Position numbers and translations under genes: made by a program. A stretch of 64,000 nt of DNA. It comes from Heptranchias perlo (lineage: Eukaryota). The stretch's first letter is position 1. Each line of letters opens with the position of its first letter. The DNA is taken from assembly GCF_035084215.1 (NCBI RefSeq), contig NC_090332.1:78058001-78122000 (forward strand), given 5' to 3'. The notes under the pieces were generated by a model that worked only from the letters and a program-made list of their open reading frames with translations, ran no database searches and was not told where the DNA came from. Shown one piece after another: positions 62,770 to 64,000 of the stretch.

Positions 62770-63572
62770 ATCCCAGACTCCGCCATCACCATCCCTGGTT
62801 ATGTCTTATCCCATTGACAGGATCCCATGGGGGCATTATGATACACAGTCAGGTGGGAGTGGTCTGGGACATGAAGTCTAATGGCTTCAGGTAAAACAAG
62901 ATCCTGCTGCTCACCACTTACCACACCCCCTTCAACTGATAAATCAGAACTCCCCCATGTAAAAAAGCTTACCAGAATCCAATTTGTTTAAACCTTTCAT
63001 AATGTTAAACACTTCTATCATATTCCCATGGCCTTCTCTGTTCAAGAAAGAAAAGACCTAGGGTAGTCAATCTTTCCTCATACTTCTTTCTCTTAAGTTC
63101 TAGGACCAACTGTGTCGCCTGACTCTGTACTCACTCCAGTAACTGAATATCCTTTTTGAAATGGAGAGACCAAAACTGCATGCAGGGAAGCGTCCTGTGC
63201 CCAGCCATCTTCAGCTACTTCATCAATGACCTTCCCTCTGTCATGTCAGGAGTGATGCTATTGGCTGACTTTTCCACAGTCTTTAGCTCCATTCACAGCT
63301 CTTCTAATGATGAAACAACCCATGTTAGCCTACAGCAGGATGTGGATAACATCCAGACTTGAGCTGACAAGTGGTAGATAGCATTTGTGCCAATAAGTGC
63401 CAGGTAATGATCATCTCAAATAAGAGAAACTCAGCCATCTCTCCTTTACCTTCAATGACACCACTATTGCCGTGTGTCCCACCATCAACATGCTGGGGGT
63501 CACAATTGACCAGAATCTGAACTAGACCAGTCTCATCATCACTGTAGCTACTAGAGCAGGGCAGAAGCTGCA
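62770..63572 (+). mobile_element. Mosaic of decayed LINE fragments
   Basis: QGSVLCPAIFSYFINDLPS remnant and CAAGTGCCAGG..CCACCATCAACAT segment homologous to 13617-13800; short CR1-like piece on - strand at about 63000-63180. Confidence 0.7.
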
Positions 63573-63573
63573 T

Positions 63574-63806
63574 GTCAGCCTTGGTAGAGTAGCACTCTCG
63601 TCTCTGAGTCAGATGGTTGTGGATTCAAGTCCCACTCCAGACTGTGCTGGTCATTATTTGTTCCTCAACCAACATCACTAAAAAAACAGATTATTTAGTC
63701 ATTATCTCATTGCTGTTTATTGGACCTTGCTCTGGGCAAATTGGCTGCTGCATTTCCTACATTACATGAGTGACTACATTCAAAAATACTTCATTGGTGT
63801 AAAGTT
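63574..63806 (+). mobile_element. Internally deleted Deu-domain SINE
   Basis: tRNA-like head (GGATTCAAGTCCCACTCCAGA) joined to AACCAACATCACTAAAA..CAGATTAT..GCAAATTGGCTGC 3' part. Confidence 0.75.
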
Positions 63807-64000
63807 CTTGAACTACCAATTTGATTGCAAATAATCTTTATTGAGTTCGACTGAGTCTTGAGCAATTCACTTGAGTAAGACACTCAATGTCTTAAGCAAT
63901 TGTCATACAGAGAAATAAACGACATTACCCGCTTTTGCTCTGGATAGAGAACGTAACCTTTGTCGATTCTTTTGTTCTTGATTCTCTCTACGAATTGTGA

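Overview
Vertebrate genomic DNA, most likely a shark or other elasmobranch judging by its repeat families. Two complete intron-containing genes can be built exon by exon from the sequence: NAA20 (+ strand, 6 coding exons, 2443-12022, 178 aa) and CRNKL1/Syf3 (- strand, 14 coding exons, 44368-22361, 688 aa), arranged tail to tail. Each carries a minor-spliceosome (U12) intron: GT-AG subtype in NAA20, AT-AC subtype in CRNKL1. Just upstream of CRNKL1 is a CpG-rich promoter with an RFX X-box, consistent with the divergent ciliary gene CFAP61 expected from human synteny; no CFAP61 coding exon was found. Most of the remainder is transposon-derived: CR1 and L2 LINE fragments, Deu-domain SINEs, a decayed full-length PIF/Harbinger transposon (transposase plus Myb/SANT gene) with a solo LTR and a LINE nested inside it, and several MITEs. 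The most unusual signal is a set of tiny TSD-flanked Penelope-like insertions carrying hammerhead-ribozyme folds, one with compensatory stem changes relative to its neighbour and embedded in a perfect 76-bp inverted repeat. Almost all ORFs in the supplied track are TE remnants or spurious. Coordinates were read by hand; TE boundaries are approximate.
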